From Candidatus Marinacidobacterales bacterium (GTDB lineage: Bacteria > Acidobacteriota > Vicinamibacteria > Marinacidobacterales > SMYC01), in assembly GCA_965237955.1 (NCBI GenBank), contig OZ250169.1:6048001-6112000 (forward strand): DNA of 64,000 nt, written 5' to 3'. The position numbers and the translations under genes are program-made. The notes beneath the pieces are model-generated. The model was given only the letters and a program-made list of their open reading frames with translations, was not told the origin of the DNA and ran no database searches. Of this stretch, positions 29,445 to 39,642 are shown one piece after another (within the stretch, counting starts at the first letter, position 1; every line of letters begins with the position of its first letter).

Positions 29445-31868
29445 CTACGCAAGCGTCATTGGGTCGACGTCGACGTGCATGACGCGGCCCATCGCTTCGT
29501 CGTTCACGAGCGCTCGAATCAAGTGACGAACGTGGGCGTGCCGCTCCCGACGAAGCTTGATCAGGATTTGAGAGCGATAGCGGCCGGCGACCTTCGAGCG
29601 CACCGCGAATGCCGGACCCAGCACGCGAACGCCGTCCAACGGCTCCTTCCTCAAGAAGGTCGCGGCACGGCGCGCGGCGTGGGTCGCGTCCGACATCGAG
29701 CTGCCCTCAGTAATAATGTTAATGAGGCTCACCACCGGCGGATACAGAAGAGCGCGTCGAAACTTTCGCTCGGACTCGTAGAACCCCGCGAAGTCCTGGG
29801 CCTGGGCAAACTGCAAGCTGTAGTGATCGGGGGTGAAGGTCTGGATCAAGACTTCCCCAGGACGCTCGCCGCGACCAGCACGTCCGGCCACTTGAGTCAT
29901 CAGCTGAAACGTTCGCTCGGCAGCGCGGAAATCGGGAGCGCCCAGGCCGTTGTCAGCGCCGAGCACGCCCACGAGCGTAACGGCGGGAAAGTCATGCCCC
30001 TTGGCAAGCATCTGCGTTCCCACGAGAATATCGATCTCGCGCGCGGCGAACCGTGACAATAGGGACTCGTAGCTGCCCTTGCGCCGCATGGTGTCGCGAT
30101 CCATGCGAGCGACCCGACTCTCCGGGTAGAGCTCTTTCACGATGCCCTCGAGGCGCTCGGTGCCGTAGCCGACGCGTCGAAGGTATTCACCGCTGCAGGT
30201 GTCGCACTTGGGCGGTGTCGGTCGACCGAGACCGCAGTAGTGGCACACGGCAAGAGAGCCTCCCTTGTGAAGCGTCATCGCCACACTGCAGTCGGTACAA
30301 ACGAGCGCGAGCCCGCACTGCCGGCAGATGAGCTGTCCGGCAAAACCGCGGCGGTTGAGGAGCACGAGCGCCTGCTCCCCGGCCGTCATTCGCGCGTGCA
30401 TCGCATCGCGTAGGGGTTCGGACAAGATGACCTCAGGCCCCTCGTCTTTGATGACATGCTTCATGTCGATGAGCTCGACCGCGGCGAGAGGTCGGTTCTC
30501 GATCCGCTCGGGGAGCGTCAACAACCGATACCGGCCGTCGACGGCATGGGTGAACGACTCGAGTGATGGCGTCGCCGAGCCGAGAACGACAACAGCATCC
30601 GCATGCTTCGCCCGCACGATGGCGACGTCCCGCGCGTTGTAGCGCGGCGTCTCTTCCTGCTTGTAGGAACCTTCGTGCTCCTCGTCGACCACGACGAGAC
30701 CGAGATCTTGGATCGGTGCGAGCACCGCTGCCCGTGCGCCGACGACGACGTGGGCGCCACCTTGACGAATGCGCCACCATTCATCGCGGCGCTCTCCCGA
30801 GCCGAGGGCGCTGTGCAAGATCGCGACAGCGTCTGAGAAGCGTGCATGCAAGAGCGCGGCGAGCCGGGGGGTCAACGCAATTTCCGGCACGAGGATGAGC
30901 ACCGAGCGTCCGGCCTCGAGGACGGTCTCGGCGGCTCGCAGATAGACCTCGGTCTTGCCGCTCCCGGTCACGCCGTGCAGCACGAACGGTTGAAACTTCT
31001 TCTTCGCGATCGCGCCCTGGAGCGCGTCTATTACGTCACTCTGGCGAGCGGTGAGATCGACGCGCTTGTCGGCGCCGTCGCGTTTGAGCCGATGCCACGG
31101 CGTCTGGGGAACAGTTTGCTCGGAGAGATCGATGTAGCCTTTGTGCGCCAGCCGCGGAAACGGTCCGCGGTCGATGTCGAGCTCGTTTCGGATCGTCCCG
31201 ATCGGAACCGGGTCGGTAGCGACCGACAAGAGCGTGAGGACCCTCGACGTCGTGGGATGGAGCTTTTCCTCTGCGAGCGCTCGCGTCCCCTTGTCGGTAA
31301 TGTGCGCGACGCGAATCTTGCGCGCTCCGTGCAAGCCACCATCGCCCCGAGTGCGGATGAGCCGCTTCCGAAGGAGTGATGCCAGTGTGCCCGCGACGCT
31401 CTTCTTGTCGAGAGCCTTGGCGATGGTGCGCGCCGTCATCGGCCGCTCGAGCACATCCAGGACTTTGCCCGCCATCCCCTTCGCTTCCCCGCCCTCGACC
31501 CGCTCGTAGAGAATGCGCTCAACCCGTGGGGTTTCCGGCGGCAGCAAACCGCGGCACACGATCCCCGGCGACGCGATGTAGTAGTCGGCGATCCAACCGA
31601 CGAGCGCGAGCTGATCCGGTGTGAGCACCGGCTCATCGTCGAGAAGGCCGAGCAGTGGTTGCAGTTTTGTACCTGCCGGCAGGTCGGGTGGGTCGGTGCC
31701 GATCGACATGATGCATCCGATCAGCACCCGAGCTCCGAAGCCAACACGCGCGCGGACACCCGGCGCCGCGCGCACAAGCGCCTCGGGGACGCCGTAGGAG
31801 AACGTCTTCGGAAGCGGCACGGGAAGCGCCAGCTCGGCGAATGCCGAGAACTTACGACGGCTGCTCAT
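29445..31868 (-). CDS. priA: Primosomal protein N' (helicase)
   Basis: GVTGSGKTEVY, VPEIALT, DEEH, Cys-rich zinc motifs, GTQMLAKGHDF, QVAGRAGR, DVDP. Confidence 0.97.
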   Translation of the reverse strand: MSSRRKFSAFAELALPVPLPKTFSYGVPEALVRAAPGVRARVGFGARVLIGCIMSIGTDPPDLPAGTKLQPLLGLLDDEPVLTPDQLALVGWIADYYIASPGIVCRGLLPPETPRVERILYERVEGGEAKGMAGKVLDVLERPMTARTIAKALDKKSVAGTLASLLRKRLIRTRGDGGLHGARKIRVAHITDKGTRALAEEKLHPTTSRVLTLLSVATDPVPIGTIRNELDIDRGPFPRLAHKGYIDLSEQTVPQTPWHRLKRDGADKRVDLTARQSDVIDALQGAIAKKKFQPFVLHGVTGSGKTEVYLRAAETVLEAGRSVLILVPEIALTPRLAALLHARFSDAVAILHSALGSGERRDEWWRIRQGGAHVVVGARAAVLAPIQDLGLVVVDEEHEGSYKQEETPRYNARDVAIVRAKHADAVVVLGSATPSLESFTHAVDGRYRLLTLPERIENRPLAAVELIDMKHVIKDEGPEVILSEPLRDAMHARMTAGEQALVLLNRRGFAGQLICRQCGLALVCTDCSVAMTLHKGGSLAVCHYCGLGRPTPPKCDTCSGEYLRRVGYGTERLEGIVKELYPESRVARMDRDTMRRKGSYESLLSRFAAREIDILVGTQMLAKGHDFPAVTLVGVLGADNGLGAPDFRAAERTFQLMTQVAGRAGRGERPGEVLIQTFTPDHYSLQFAQAQDFAGFYESERKFRRALLYPPVVSLINIITEGSSMSDATHAARRAATFLRKEPLDGVRVLGPAFAVRSKVAGRYRSQILIKLRRERHAHVRHLIRALVNDEAMGRVMHVDVDPMTLA

Positions 31869-32557
31869 TCAGCATCAGTAAGCAGGCGTCGGATGAGCTT
31901 CATGTCTTCCCAGCACTCACGCTTTTTCTCCACGTTTCTCAACAGATACGCGGGGTGGAACGTCGGCACGAGCTTCGCGCCCCGGTAGGAAAAGATGCGA
32001 CCGCGGATGCGGGTGATACCTTCTTCGGTTTTGAGAAGATTCTGAGCCGCGACGCGGCCGAGCGCGCAGATCACTTTCGGACGAATCGCGTCGACTTGGC
32101 GGTCCAAAAACGGCCGGCACTCTTCGACCTCGACCGGCTCGGGGTCGCGGTTTCTCGGCGGGCGGCATTTCACCACGTTGGTAATGTAGACATCGTCGCG
32201 GCTCAAATCGATGGCGTTGATGATCTTCGTCAGGAGCTGACCCGCGGGTCCTACGAAAGGAATCCCCTGACGGTCTTCTTCGGAGCCCGGTCCCTCGCCG
32301 ATGAACATCAGGTCCGCGTTCGGGTTACCGACGCCGAACACGAGGTTCGTGCGCTTCTCGTGCAATACGCAGCGCGTGCAATCTCCGAGATCGGCCCGAA
32401 TGACTTCGAGGGTTTCGTCTGGGCGAGGAGCGGCGACGACTGCCGGCGCCGCCTGCGTCCGGACCTTGCGGGCGAATCCCAGTCCGGTGATCGATTGGTA
32501 GAACGACAACCGCTCGAGTATCTGCTCGGTCAACCAGGCTTGGACTTGATTAGTCAT
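31865..32557 (-). CDS. Uracil-DNA glycosylase family 4
   Basis: CxxC, GEGPG, PFVGPAG, KCRPP, HPAYLLR. Confidence 0.95.
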   Translation of the reverse strand: MTNQVQAWLTEQILERLSFYQSITGLGFARKVRTQAAPAVVAAPRPDETLEVIRADLGDCTRCVLHEKRTNLVFGVGNPNADLMFIGEGPGSEEDRQGIPFVGPAGQLLTKIINAIDLSRDDVYITNVVKCRPPRNRDPEPVEVEECRPFLDRQVDAIRPKVICALGRVAAQNLLKTEEGITRIRGRIFSYRGAKLVPTFHPAYLLRNVEKKRECWEDMKLIRRLLTDAE

Positions 32558-33176
32558 TCTTGAACGAGTCGATAATCGGACGGATTCGATCTTGGAGCAG
32601 ATGCGGCCTCATGCGTTCCGCGAGCACGATGGCCTTGAAGAGCTCCGACGTTCTCTCGACGCTATCGTTGACGAGCACGTAGTCGTAGTCCTTGTAGTGG
32701 TGGATCTCGTGGCGAGCCTCGTTCAACCGACCCTCGACAACTTTGTCCGAATCCTGCCTGCGGCCGCGGAGGCGCTTTTCGAGCACACCGAACGACGGCG
32801 GCATGATGAACAGCGTCACCGCGTCGGGTTGCGCCTTCCGCACCTGCGTCGCGCCCTGAACGTCGACATCCATCAAAATATCCTCCCCACCGGCACGAAT
32901 CTTCTCAGTCTCGATCTTGGACGTACCGTAAAGGTTTCCGTGAACTTCTGCCCACTCGAGAAACTCGCCGTCTTCGATCTTCGAGCGAAAATCCGCTTCG
33001 GCGATGAAATGGTAGTCGATACCGTCGCGCTCGCGGCCGCGGGCGGACCGCGTCGTGAACGAGATCGAGAACTGGACGTCGTCGAGCGTGTCCAGCAACC
33101 GTCGCACCAGCGTTGTCTTACCCGAGCCCGACGGCGCGGAGATCACGAACAAGTTCCCACGGCGTGTCGTCGTCAT
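32550..33176 (-). CDS. gmk: Guanylate kinase
   Basis: APSGSGKTT, SFTTR, DGIDYHF, EWAEVHGNLYGT. Confidence 0.96.
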   Translation of the reverse strand: MTTTRRGNLFVISAPSGSGKTTLVRRLLDTLDDVQFSISFTTRSARGRERDGIDYHFIAEADFRSKIEDGEFLEWAEVHGNLYGTSKIETEKIRAGGEDILMDVDVQGATQVRKAQPDAVTLFIMPPSFGVLEKRLRGRRQDSDKVVEGRLNEARHEIHHYKDYDYVLVNDSVERTSELFKAIVLAERMRPHLLQDRIRPIIDSFKND

Positions 33177-34051
33177 TCGATGTTCTGCACTTGCTCCCGT
33201 ACGCGTTCGATTTCGGACTTCATCGCGATCACGTGCTCGGCAATTTCGGCGTCCTGGCACTTGGATCCGATCGTGTTCACTTCCCGATTCATCTCTTGCA
33301 CGATGAAATCGAGCTTCTTGCCACAGGGTCCGCCCGCGCCCACGGTGCCTTGCCAGAGTTCGAGGTGGCTTCGAAACCGCGTAACCTCCTCGGCAACGTC
33401 GCCGCGCTCGACGAGACGGGCCGCCTCCATGGCGATGGTTGCCGGTTCCACGGCCGAGCCCAGGAGCTCGGCAACTTTCGCTTCGAGCTGCGCGCGTCGT
33501 GTCTCGCGTTTCTGCTCGGACAGAGCTTCGACCCGATCGACGTGGTCGGCAAGGGTTGCGATGCGCCCTCCGAAGTCCGCCATCATCTCTGCGCCTTCAG
33601 CCTCTCGCATGTTTCCGAGCGCGTCGAGCGCCTGCGACAACGCCGGCTCGATCGCATCCCAGAGCGCAGACCTTTCCGAGAGATCACGCTCTCTCACTTG
33701 AAACGCGGGCGAGAACCCGAGCAGATCGGAAAGCTGCAGCGTAGCGCCCACGCCTGTAGCCTGAGCGAGCTCGGTGGCGACCCGGACGAACTCCTTCATC
33801 AACGGCCGGTCGACCTCGATCTCGTGAGCGCTCTCGCCTTTCGGCTTGAGCCGAACATTGACGTCGACCTTGCCGCGCGCGAGCTCCCCTCCGATGCGAT
33901 CGCGAACCTGTTTCTCGTACGAAACCATTCCGGCGGGACCGCGCGTCTTTACATCCAGGTATCGATGGTTGACGGTTCGGATCTCGACTACAACCTCGTA
34001 AGCATCGCTCTCGGTACGAGCGCGCGCGAACCCAGTCATGCTTTTCAACAT
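33173..34051 (-). CDS. yicC: YicC/YloC family endoribonuclease
   Basis: KSMTGF, VNHRYLD, GKKLDF, QEMNREVNTIGSK, REQVQNIE. Confidence 0.95.
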   Translation of the reverse strand: MLKSMTGFARARTESDAYEVVVEIRTVNHRYLDVKTRGPAGMVSYEKQVRDRIGGELARGKVDVNVRLKPKGESAHEIEVDRPLMKEFVRVATELAQATGVGATLQLSDLLGFSPAFQVRERDLSERSALWDAIEPALSQALDALGNMREAEGAEMMADFGGRIATLADHVDRVEALSEQKRETRRAQLEAKVAELLGSAVEPATIAMEAARLVERGDVAEEVTRFRSHLELWQGTVGAGGPCGKKLDFIVQEMNREVNTIGSKCQDAEIAEHVIAMKSEIERVREQVQNIE

Positions 34052-34058
34052 CGATCGT

Positions 34059-35810
34059 TTACTCGCTGGGAACGGTCTCCGGTTGTTCGCCCAAAGAGAA
34101 TTGGAGCTCGTAGAGTCGCCGGTAGAGACCGCGCGGGCGCTGGATGAGCTCATCGTGCGTACCGACTTCCTGGACGGCACCATCCTCGATCACGACAATC
34201 TGGTCCGCCCTTCGGATCGTCGACAGGCGGTGCGCGATGACGAGCGTCGTGCGATTTGCCATCAAGTTCTCGAGGGCGCGCTGCACCAACGACTCGGACT
34301 CGGCGTCGAGAGAGCTCGTGGCTTCGTCGAGCACGAGAATCGGCGGGTTCTTCAAGATCGCGCGGGCGATGGCGAGGCGCTGGCGTTGGCCGCCGGACAG
34401 GCGCTGGCCTCCCTCACCGATGACGGTGTCGAAGCTCTCGGCAAGCGCCTCGATGAAATCCAGAGCACACGCCGCCTCGGCCGCCCGAATCAAATCACCG
34501 TCGGAGACCGCTTCGAGACCATAGCCGATGTTGTTCCGGACGGTGTCGTTGAACAGGATCGTCTCCTGCGTCACGAGACCAATCTGTCCCCGCAGCGACG
34601 ACAACGTTGCAGTCTTGATGTCCACGCCGTCGAAGAGAATCTCTCCGGCGGTGGGATCGTAAAAGCGTGGCACGAGAGTGGCGAGCGTCGTCTTCCCCGC
34701 GCCGCTCGTGCCCACGAGCGCGACGACTTGCCCCGCGGCCACTTTGAGGTTGACGCCACGAAGCGCGGGCACGCCGCTGTCGGGATACACGAACTCGAGC
34801 CCGCGGAACTCCATCTCGCGCTCGAGAGGCGCCAGGTCGATCGCGTCGGGTGCTTCCTGGATCTCGTACGGCGTATCCAAAACACCGAAAATGCGGGCGG
34901 CGGCGGAGAGCGCCTGCTGGAGCGTCGCATTCACTCGCGCGAGCTTCTTGATCGGCATGTACATCATGAAGAGCGCTGCCATGAACGACGTGAACTCACC
35001 GGTGGTCATCGCTCCCGAGCCGATGCGGCCGCTCCCGTACCAGATAGCCGCGGCGAGCCCGACGCCACCGACGAGCTCCATGATCGGCGGCATGATAGAA
35101 ATCACACGCGTGATCCGCATGTTGGTCCGGAAAAGCGCATCGGTCGCACCCACGAAGCGTTTCGATTCGAACCCTTCCATGCGGAACGCTTTCACGATGC
35201 GAGCACCGGAGATCGTCTCGTAAAGGATGTTGGTGATATCGCGCCACCGCTCGAGCCCGGTGTCCGTCCGGCGCCGGAGCTTTTTGCCGAGAGTCACCAA
35301 CGGGTAAATCGCGAGAGGTGCTGTGACGAAGCAGAACAGCGCGAGACGCCAATCGTAATAGAGGAGAAGCGCGCCGTAGCCTACGAGCGCGAACGTTTGC
35401 ATCAGAAGGTCGCCGACCGCTCCCGAGACCGCGAGCTGAATCTTCTCGACGTCGTTGGTGATGTGGCTGATGAGGGTCCCGGTCTCATTCTTTTTGAAGA
35501 AGCTGACGGACTGCTGGATCACGCGCTCGTAGAGACGGTTCCTCAGGTCCATGATCGTGCGCTGGCCGACCCAGCTCATCAAATACGTCGCGAAATAGGA
35601 GCAAAGCCCCTTGGCGAGGTAGAGAACAACGATGAGGCCAGCGACGCGTCCCAGGTTGATGTTCTGGATCAGGACGTCGTCGAAGATCGGCTTGATGAGG
35701 TAGGCGAGCCCGGCCGAAGTGATGCCAAAGCCCGCCATCGCCACGCACGCGAGCGCGAATCGAATGCGGTAGGGCCTAGCTTGCGCCAGCAGGCGACGAA
35801 ACTCTTTCAC
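34059..35810 (-). CDS. MsbA-like ABC exporter (fused TMD-NBD)
   Basis: TM domain plus GTSGAGKTT, LSGGQRQR, LDEATS, IAHRLST. Confidence 0.9.
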   Translation of the reverse strand: MKEFRRLLAQARPYRIRFALACVAMAGFGITSAGLAYLIKPIFDDVLIQNINLGRVAGLIVVLYLAKGLCSYFATYLMSWVGQRTIMDLRNRLYERVIQQSVSFFKKNETGTLISHITNDVEKIQLAVSGAVGDLLMQTFALVGYGALLLYYDWRLALFCFVTAPLAIYPLVTLGKKLRRRTDTGLERWRDITNILYETISGARIVKAFRMEGFESKRFVGATDALFRTNMRITRVISIMPPIMELVGGVGLAAAIWYGSGRIGSGAMTTGEFTSFMAALFMMYMPIKKLARVNATLQQALSAAARIFGVLDTPYEIQEAPDAIDLAPLEREMEFRGLEFVYPDSGVPALRGVNLKVAAGQVVALVGTSGAGKTTLATLVPRFYDPTAGEILFDGVDIKTATLSSLRGQIGLVTQETILFNDTVRNNIGYGLEAVSDGDLIRAAEAACALDFIEALAESFDTVIGEGGQRLSGGQRQRLAIARAILKNPPILVLDEATSSLDAESESLVQRALENLMANRTTLVIAHRLSTIRRADQIVVIEDGAVQEVGTHDELIQRPRGLYRRLYELQFSLGEQPETVPSE

Positions 35811-36007
35811 GTCAGCGATATGCTATCAGGGGCGCGTGGGATTCGGTAATCGGGTAGCGTCCCGCTCCGCGCACGCAGTCTCCGCGCGGTGTCAGTTACG
35901 ATCACGTATCAAGCGCTGAAGAAAATTGAGTCCATACCCTCCCACAGTTGAACACTACGGGTGAACCGTCTAGACGGAGGACGTCCTCAATGGGTGATGG
36001 AACCTAC

Positions 36008-37201
36008 CTATCCCGCTGCGATGGCGCGGCTCAATCTACGGATTCCTTCGTCGATCTGGTTTTCCGCGACGAAGCTGAACGAGAGACGCAGGTAGTTCGA
36101 GCCGCTGCCATCGCAGAAGAATGGTGGTCCGGCTACGAACGCGGTCTGCTGCTCTTCGATCGCGCGCCGCAGGAGAGCTTCACTATCAGCGTCGTCTTTC
36201 AGACGGACCCACAGAAAGAAGCCACCGCTTGCGTGCGTCCAACTCGTCTCCGACGGAAAGTGTTCCTTCATTGCGGATTCCATCGCGTCCCGCTTTTTCC
36301 GGTAGAGCTCGATCGAGGCCGCGACTTGAGCGTCGATGAAGCCATGGCGGCCGTAGTCGTAGACGAGTCGCTGCGTCAGCGTGTTCGCGCACTGATCGGT
36401 GCCGAGCTTGCAGAGGCCGAGCCTCTCGATGAGCGCGGCGTCGGCAGCGACCCACCCGAGACGCACGCCCGGCCCGAAGATCTTGGAGAACGTGTGCACG
36501 AACACGACGTTGTCCGGATCGAGAGACTTGAGCGACGGTAACGGCGCTCCGTCGTAGAAGAGCTCGGCGTAGGCGTGGTCTTCGACGATCGGCACACCGT
36601 GATGGTTGCAAGTCTCGACGACTTTTTGCCGACTGGACAAGCTCATGGTTCGTCCGGACGGATTCTGGAACGAGGGGATGACGTAGAGAAACTTCGGCCG
36701 CACGCCTTCCCTTGCGAGCTCGTCGAGCCGCACGGAAAGCGCATTCGCGTCGAGCCCTTCTTCACCAGCCGGCACTGCCACGATCCGCGCTTCGTAGGTG
36801 CGGAACACGTGGAGAGCAACCATGTAGGTCGGCGCTTCGACGAGGACGGTATCGCCTTGGTCGACCATCGACATCGCAGTCAGATTCAATCCTTCGACGC
36901 CGCCGGAAGCGACGAGGATGTTCTCTGGTGTGGCCGGCACGTTTTCTTTCGCGTGCATGCGCTCAGCGATCCATTCACGGAGTTTCGTGAATCCGGGATT
37001 CGGCCCGTAGTTGAGCGCGGCGCCGCCTTCGTCTTTGAGGACACGGTCCATCGACTCACGCACGCGATCAATGTCGAACACCGCCGGATCAGGGAGGCCT
37101 CCCGCGAGCGAAATGACATCCGGCCGCTCCGCGAGCTTCAGGATGTAGGTCACCGAGCGCGACGGCTCGAAGAGCGACATCCTTCGCGATAGCTCAGGCA
37201 C
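36008..37201 (-). CDS. PLP-dependent aminotransferase class I/II (LysN/MocR-like)
   Basis: ISLAGGLP, FQNPSG, EDHAY, TFSKIFGPGVRLGW, LRLSFS. Confidence 0.92.
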   Translation of the reverse strand: MPELSRRMSLFEPSRSVTYILKLAERPDVISLAGGLPDPAVFDIDRVRESMDRVLKDEGGAALNYGPNPGFTKLREWIAERMHAKENVPATPENILVASGGVEGLNLTAMSMVDQGDTVLVEAPTYMVALHVFRTYEARIVAVPAGEEGLDANALSVRLDELAREGVRPKFLYVIPSFQNPSGRTMSLSSRQKVVETCNHHGVPIVEDHAYAELFYDGAPLPSLKSLDPDNVVFVHTFSKIFGPGVRLGWVAADAALIERLGLCKLGTDQCANTLTQRLVYDYGRHGFIDAQVAASIELYRKKRDAMESAMKEHFPSETSWTHASGGFFLWVRLKDDADSEALLRRAIEEQQTAFVAGPPFFCDGSGSNYLRLSFSFVAENQIDEGIRRLSRAIAAG

Positions 37202-38213
37202 GTGGGTATCCGTCGGGAAAACGCTCCTTGAATGCCAAGGCGGTCTCGACGATCCGCTCGAGTGAATCGAATCGGGGCTGCCAACCGAGCTCGTTTTTGA
37301 TCTTCTCCGAAGTAGCGACGAGACGCGACGGGTCGCCTTCCCGACGCGGAGCGATCTCGTATGGAACGTCACGGCCGCTGACACGCTTCACCGTTTCGAT
37401 GACTTCGAGCACAGAGTGTCCGGTGCCGGTGCCGAGGTTGAAGCTCGTCGAGTCCCCCGAAGTCTCGAGATATTCGAGGGCGAGCACGTGTGCGTCGGCG
37501 AGATCCTGCACGTGCACGTAGTCGCGTATGCACGTTCCGTCCGGAGTGTCGTAGTCGTTGCCAAACACCGAGAGCTCGTCGGGCTTGTCGAGCTTGGCGG
37601 GCTGGCCCAAGGCCGCCTTACACACGAGCGGGATGAGGTGAGTTTCTGGGCGATGGTCTTCGCCAAGCTCGCCGCTCTCGTGAGCGCCGGCAGCGTTGAA
37701 GTAGCGGAGGTTCACGTGGCGGATGCCGTGCGCCTGTTCGAAGTCTTGGAGCGCCCACTCGAACACGAGCTTGGTACGACCGTACGGGCTTACCGGGTGT
37801 TGTGGGTGATCTTCGTCGATCGGGACGCGTTCAGGAGTGCCGTAGGTCGCGCACGTCGACGAGAAGATGATCGCCAGCACCGCGTGGCGCGCCATCGCCG
37901 ACAACAGCTGCACACCGCCGATGACGTTGTTGCGATAGTACTTTTCCGGATCTTTGACGGATTCGCCGACGTAAGCCTTCGCTCCAAAGTGCAGCACCGC
38001 GTCGAAGCGTTCTCTCGCAAAGAGCTCGTCTAGCGTCCCGGCAGTCACGGGAGCCGCCAAATCGGCCCGCACGATCTCGACGTTACCGGCGGCCGCGACG
38101 TGGCCTTCACTGAGGTCGTCGAGAATGACGACGCGTTTCTCGTGCGCCGCGAGCGCTCGAACCGTATGGGAGCCGACGTAGCCGGCGCCCCCGGTCACAA
38201 GGAGCGCGGACAC
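37194..38213 (-). CDS. galE: UDP-glucose 4-epimerase
   Basis: TGGAGYVGSH, YGRTK, LRYFN, DGTCIRDYVHV. Confidence 0.95.
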   Translation of the reverse strand: MSALLVTGGAGYVGSHTVRALAAHEKRVVILDDLSEGHVAAAGNVEIVRADLAAPVTAGTLDELFARERFDAVLHFGAKAYVGESVKDPEKYYRNNVIGGVQLLSAMARHAVLAIIFSSTCATYGTPERVPIDEDHPQHPVSPYGRTKLVFEWALQDFEQAHGIRHVNLRYFNAAGAHESGELGEDHRPETHLIPLVCKAALGQPAKLDKPDELSVFGNDYDTPDGTCIRDYVHVQDLADAHVLALEYLETSGDSTSFNLGTGTGHSVLEVIETVKRVSGRDVPYEIAPRREGDPSRLVATSEKIKNELGWQPRFDSLERIVETALAFKERFPDGYPRA

Positions 38214-38214
38214 G

Positions 38215-39525
38215 TCAGGCGCGCCCCACGCCGAAGTAGGTGAAGCCGAGCTTTCTCAGCTTGTCGGGGTTGTAGATGTTGCGTCCGTCGAAAACGACGG
38301 GCTCTCGCAACAGATCGCGAATCTTCTCGAAATCCGGCTCGCGAAATTCGTTCCATTCGGTGACGAGAACGAGTCCATCGGCGTCTTCGAGGGCCTCATA
38401 ACTTTTTCGGCAATACGTGAGCTCACCATCGACGTCTCGCAGGTGCTTCCTGGCCTCGTCCATCGCTTCGGGGTCGTACATGCGTATCCGGACGCCTTCA
38501 TCGACCAATGCGCGGATGAGCGAGAGCGACGGCGCTTCCCGCATGTCGTCGGTGCGGGGTTTGAACGACAAGCCCCAGAGCGCGAGCTTCCTACCTTTCA
38601 AGCTCTTGTCGAAGTGCGCCCGGATCTTCGACAACAGAACCAGTTTCTGTGACTCGTTCACGCGCTCGGTCGCCTCGATGAGTTCGAGCGTCACCCCCGA
38701 GTCGCGCGCGGTACGGAGCAGAGCGCGAATGTCTTTGGGAAAGCAAGATCCGCCGTAGCCGACACCGGGAAAGAGAAACGGGTGGCCAATGCGGCTGTCC
38801 GCGCCGATGGCGAGCCTCAAGTTGGCGACGTCGGCACCGACCTTCTCGCACAATCGCGCCATCTCGTTCATGAAGCTGATGCGGCTTGCGAGCATCGCGT
38901 TCGCCGCATACTTGGTCAGCTCGGCGCTTTCGGGGTCCATCACCAGCAGGGGATTCTGCGTGCGCACGAACGGCCGGTAGAGCTCTTTCATGATCTCGGC
39001 AACCGCAGGATCATCAGTGCCGATGACAACGCGATCGGGACGAAGGAAATCGTCGATAGCGGCTCCCTCTTTGAGGAACTCCGGGTTCGAGACGACGCTC
39101 ACGGGCTCGCTCGTCAACGCGCTGATGGTCTCAAGAACCTTTCGATTTGTTCCTACCGGGACCGTGCTCTTCAACACCACGATCTTGTACTCGCCCATCA
39201 CCCGGCCGATGCCTTCCGCAACCGAGAGTACGTGGCTCATATCGGCCGAGCCATCTTCGTCAGGGGGCGTCCCTACCGCGACGAACAGAAGCTTCGATTG
39301 ACGGATCGCGTCATCGAAGTCGGTGGTGAGGCTGAGCCGTTCCTCGGCGACGTTGCGCTTCACGAGCTCCGCGAGACCGGGCTCATAGATCGGGAGCTCG
39401 CCGCGACGCAGGCAGTCTATTTTGTCTTCATCGATGTCGACGGCGATCACATCGTTGCCGTTCTCCGCGAGGCACGCCGAGACCACGAGGCCGACATATC
39501 CGGTACCGATTACGGAGAGTTTCAT
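38215..39525 (-). CDS. ugd: UDP-glucose 6-dehydrogenase
   Basis: GTGYVG, KSTVP, NPEFLKEG, GYGGSCFPKD, FKPRTDDMRE. Confidence 0.95.
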   Translation of the reverse strand: MKLSVIGTGYVGLVVSACLAENGNDVIAVDIDEDKIDCLRRGELPIYEPGLAELVKRNVAEERLSLTTDFDDAIRQSKLLFVAVGTPPDEDGSADMSHVLSVAEGIGRVMGEYKIVVLKSTVPVGTNRKVLETISALTSEPVSVVSNPEFLKEGAAIDDFLRPDRVVIGTDDPAVAEIMKELYRPFVRTQNPLLVMDPESAELTKYAANAMLASRISFMNEMARLCEKVGADVANLRLAIGADSRIGHPFLFPGVGYGGSCFPKDIRALLRTARDSGVTLELIEATERVNESQKLVLLSKIRAHFDKSLKGRKLALWGLSFKPRTDDMREAPSLSLIRALVDEGVRIRMYDPEAMDEARKHLRDVDGELTYCRKSYEALEDADGLVLVTEWNEFREPDFEKIRDLLREPVVFDGRNIYNPDKLRKLGFTYFGVGRA

Positions 39526-39642
39526 AAGCGTTTTAGATTGCTGAGACCAACACCGACCCGGGATGGCCCGAGCCAAGCCAAATATTGTATCGCGCAAACG
39601 GGCCGACATGCCAGGCTTTGTGGTGCTAACATCCTCGGAAAC

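Noticed and set aside
34038-35849. 603-aa plus-strand ORF, and similar long antisense ORFs (17953..19077, 32592..33701, 50031..51104, 55017..56027, 28980..30056)
   Set aside because: Shadow frames opposite well-supported genes in high-GC DNA, with no motifs.
38782-39642. Long N-terminal extensions on GT4 (655 aa), UXS (533 aa) and the ABC ATPase (360 aa), suggesting fusions
   Set aside because: The extensions overlap other genes; homology starts at downstream starts (39643, 47602, 21379).
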